Source: Vulcanimicrobiota bacterium (GTDB taxonomy: Bacteria; Vulcanimicrobiota; Vulcanimicrobiia; Vulcanimicrobiales; Vulcanimicrobiaceae). Taken from it: a DNA stretch of 64,000 bases. A program made the translations under genes and the position numbers. Each line of letters begins with the position of its first letter. Positions within the stretch are counted from its first letter, which is position 1. The stretch spans positions 448,001 through 512,000 of the forward strand of contig CAWHWQ010000001.1 in NCBI GenBank assembly GCA_963833095.1. Direction: 5' to 3'. Shown one piece after another: positions 61,399 to 64,000 of this stretch. The notes below the pieces were generated by a model. It was given only the letters and a program-made list of their open reading frames with translations, did not search any database and was not told where the DNA came from.

Positions 61399-61869
61399 AT
61401 GGCTCAGGCCGAGATGACGGTTTCCACGCCCATCGGCGCAGTACTGCACGTTGGGGCACAGCAGGGCCGTATCGTCGTCTGCGCGTTTCGGCCACGCGCT
61501 CGCGCTCGCTCATCGACGCTGCGCGATCCGCTTCTTGCGGAGGCGCGCAGCCAGATCGACGCTTATTTTCGCAAGAAGCTGCGCCGTTTTGACCTACCGC
61601 TATTGCTGGAAGGCACCGCCTTTCAATGCGCCGTGTGGGAACTCGTTGCAAGCCTGGAGGTCGGCGAATTGATTTCCTATGGTGATGTTGCGCGCGCCAT
61701 CGGCGCGCCACGCGCGCACCGCGGCGTTGCGGCTGCGATGCGACGCACGCCCTACGATCTGCTGATTCCCGCACACCGCGTGATCGGCGCAGACGGCACG
61801 GTCAAAGGCGCCGGACCGAACTCGCTTCGCCGCCGCCTCCTCGCTTTCGAAGGCATCGTGCTTCGCTAG
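61399..61869 (+). CDS. Ogt/MGMT-family protein with PAHR (alkyltransferase-like)
   Basis: GTAFQ...VW, SYGDVA, RGVA, IPAHRVIG instead of PCHR. Confidence 0.85.
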   Translation: MAQAEMTVSTPIGAVLHVGAQQGRIVVCAFRPRARARSSTLRDPLLAEARSQIDAYFRKKLRRFDLPLLLEGTAFQCAVWELVASLEVGELISYGDVARAIGAPRAHRGVAAAMRRTPYDLLIPAHRVIGADGTVKGAGPNSLRRRLLAFEGIVLR

Positions 61870-61871
61870 CC

Positions 61872-62101
61872 CTTGTCATCCCGAGCGTACGCGCAGCGCT
61901 GAAGTCGAGGGAAGCGCCATGCGGCTTTCGCTTAGCGAAGGCTCGAAGTTTTGCGCCATTCGCAGGATGCGAACTTCCTTTGGACGTGGCGCAAAACTCG
62001 CGCAGCAGGACCGGCGCAGGATGCGCCGCGAGGAGCGTCTTCGCGGGCGGAAGCCGCATGGCGTTCCCTCGACTACGCTGCGCTACGCTCGGGATGACAA
62101 G
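61872..62101. repeat. REP/MITE-like long imperfect palindrome (copy 2)
   Basis: About 55-nt arms CTTGTCATCCCGAGCGTA...GTCGAGGGAA.CGCCATGCGGCTT; inner AGTTTTGCGCCA/TGGCGCAAAACT; two CGCAGGATGCG. Confidence 0.82.
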
Positions 62102-62107
62102 AGAGAA

Positions 62108-62830
62108 TTAACGCAGGAGTTGGCGCCACTCGATGATGGGGCCGAAGCCCACATTCCGATCGGCGGCTTCGCCGGTGAGCGGATAACGCGCGGTAAAGTT
62201 CAGCGTGCGTAGGCCAATGAGCCATTGTGAACGGCGATGCGTGTATCCGAACGTGAGCGACGCATCGACCTCCGAAGCGCGCTCGGGCTTGATCGTGTTC
62301 GGCGACCCATCGAGATAGACGTAGACGTCGGATCCGGTCAAGTAGGGTGCCGTACCGACGAACCCTTCGAGGAAATGCGATTGCCCGAATGCATGATGAA
62401 GACGCAGCGTGTAGCGCGCGCCGGCCAGACGCGACGACACCGTCTGCGACTGCGCGGGTAACGGCGTGCGTTGATTGTAGATCGTTTCGCCCAGGCCGAG
62501 CCATACTTGCCCATGCGGATCGATCGCATACTCGGCCTGACCGTTGAAGATGCCAAGTGCCGGCGTCGCTTGTCCGTAGGTGGCGGACGGACGCGTGCCG
62601 GGAATGCTCACGACGGGAATGCCCTCGAGGTGAATGGCCAAGCGCGGTCCGCCGAGCTGCACTTCCAGCAACGGTCCGCCGCCGATGCCGTATTGGCTTC
62701 CCGCAACGTCGCGGTGAACGCCCACAAGCGCAAGTCCTTGCACGCCGATGTATGAGTAGGGCGACGTCGCGGCGGTTGTGAGAAAAATCGCAAACGCCGC
62801 GAGAATGCGGCGCTTAGACTTTGGCGGCAT
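62108..62830 (-). CDS. Putative outer-membrane beta-barrel protein
   Basis: Signal peptide and amphipathic aromatic/Gly-rich strands. Confidence 0.5.
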   Translation of the reverse strand: MPPKSKRRILAAFAIFLTTAATSPYSYIGVQGLALVGVHRDVAGSQYGIGGGPLLEVQLGGPRLAIHLEGIPVVSIPGTRPSATYGQATPALGIFNGQAEYAIDPHGQVWLGLGETIYNQRTPLPAQSQTVSSRLAGARYTLRLHHAFGQSHFLEGFVGTAPYLTGSDVYVYLDGSPNTIKPERASEVDASLTFGYTHRRSQWLIGLRTLNFTARYPLTGEAADRNVGFGPIIEWRQLLR

Positions 62831-63461
62831 CGACCAACACCACGCCGCGTTGTCCGGAATCGCGCAATGCCTTCGCCGCCGCAAGCGCCGCACCGATCGG
62901 TTGCGACGGGTCGAGCGCTTGGCTTACGGTGAAACCGGTGCGCGCCTTGGCCTGCTGGTCGATGGGATCGCGAAAGCTTTGCGGAAGCATCGAGTACTTG
63001 TCGATCAAGCCGAGCACCGGGCCTGCCTTGGTCTCAAAGGTGGCTGGGTCGAGCACCACCACCACCAACTCGTGGGTCTTTCCGTCCTGCGTATGCGAAA
63101 AGACCTGAAACTGTAAGCCCATCGCTTGTGCGTGACGGTGCGCCGCGTCCACGCTCGAACCGCTCACCGCCACGCTGTAGCCCGGCGGCGGATTCGCGCT
63201 GACGTCGTGGAGCCAGCCTTCGAGTGCCTCGAGCGTCGCGCCTGATTCGGCGATCACCTCGCGGCCTGTTACGGCGACGCTCTTGCCGGTTGTGCCGCTC
63301 CAATCCCGAGCGGTGATCACGGTGCTGCCCGTATATAAAGGAAAGTCGATCGAATTGGTCGCCGCAGCGGAGGGCGAGGAGGACGAGGTAGATTGGGCTG
63401 ACTGCTGCGAGCAGCCGGCTACCAGCAAGATAAGCGCCATTGCACCGAGGGCTCGTTTCAT
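62814..63461 (-). CDS. Lipoprotein, unknown function
   Basis: Lipobox VAGC, Ser-rich linker. Confidence 0.7.
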   Translation of the reverse strand: MKRALGAMALILLVAGCSQQSAQSTSSSSPSAAATNSIDFPLYTGSTVITARDWSGTTGKSVAVTGREVIAESGATLEALEGWLHDVSANPPPGYSVAVSGSSVDAAHRHAQAMGLQFQVFSHTQDGKTHELVVVVLDPATFETKAGPVLGLIDKYSMLPQSFRDPIDQQAKARTGFTVSQALDPSQPIGAALAAAKALRDSGQRGVVLVDAAKV

Positions 63462-63511
63462 GCGCGTCGCTTCGAGGAGAAGCCGCCCGAGCCCCGTATC
63501 CGGGGGATGTT

Positions 63512-63832
63512 ATGAATTTCGAAGAGTTTTGGCCGCGCTATCTGCAAGCGCACAGCGATCGGCGCACGCGCGCCCTTCATGTCGCCGGAACGATCGCCGC
63601 GACAACGATCGTCCTAGGAGCGATCGCGCTGCGCAAACCGTGGCTCGCGGGCATCGGCCTGGTGGCCGGGTATGGTCCGGCATGGTTCTCGCACGCGTTC
63701 ATCGAGCACAACAAACCCGAGACGTTCGCAGCGCCCTTTGCCTCGCTGCGCGGTGACTATTTGATGGCATGGCACGTCCTGCGCGGATCGATCGACGAGG
63801 AGATTGTGCGCACGCGGGGAGCGGTTGCATGA
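63512..63832 (+). CDS. DUF962/Mpo1-like membrane protein
   Basis: FEEFWPRYLQAHS...LHVAGT, GYGPAWFSHAFIEHNKPETF. Confidence 0.85.
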   Translation: MNFEEFWPRYLQAHSDRRTRALHVAGTIAATTIVLGAIALRKPWLAGIGLVAGYGPAWFSHAFIEHNKPETFAAPFASLRGDYLMAWHVLRGSIDEEIVRTRGAVA

Positions 63833-64000
63833 ACCGCTTTCTCCTGATACTTCTCGCGGTGATGCTCGCCGCAGCGCCCGCCTCGGCATTTAGCCCCCAT
63901 TCGCCGGTCTTTATCGAGAGCGATGCCGCGCAGGGGATCACGGTCACGGCGGGCGAGGACTTCTTCATCGCGCTTTCCTCGAACGCGTCGACCGGATATA
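63829..64000 (+). CDS. Chagasin-like I42 protease inhibitor (partial)
   Basis: Signal peptide then GEDFFIALSSNASTGY (NPxTGY-like); ATGA overlap. Confidence 0.65.
   Translation, partial: MNRFLLILLAVMLAAAPASAFSPHSPVFIESDAAQGITVTAGEDFFIALSSNASTGY

Overview
GC-rich bacterial chromosome segment made up mostly of housekeeping genes: nusB, accC, fol/moa/moe, uppP, tonB-exbBD, rluB, rho, rsmA, ftsH, hpt, tilS, smpB, serS and tRNA-Ser(TGA). A diderm TonB system together with a Gram-positive-type LexA box suggests a Terrabacteria diderm such as Ca. Eremiobacterota/Vulcanimicrobiota (inference). Main signal: a fluoride module at 43449-52091. A textbook fluoride riboswitch, with its own promoter and an overlapping terminator/SD hairpin, sits in front of a six-gene Hyf/Ehr-type membrane complex that lacks NiFe ligands, and not in front of the adjacent Fluc gene. 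The operon is bracketed by crcB plus DUF190 on one side and a second DUF190 on the other. Other signals: a BCCP homolog without the biotinyl-lysine upstream of accC; a coupled pair of pseudo-enzymes (HD-GYP-like plus DNA-MTase-like); a LexA-boxed RNase-H-like/Mpg operon; a structured leader before a yabE-like/rsmA operon; four genes that appear to need non-canonical start codons; moeA and serS sharing one CATG; and two REP/MITE-like hairpin elements. Many indels (about 1-2600 and 26000-36000) break essential genes and look like assembly errors. All family calls are by motif recognition; no searches were run.
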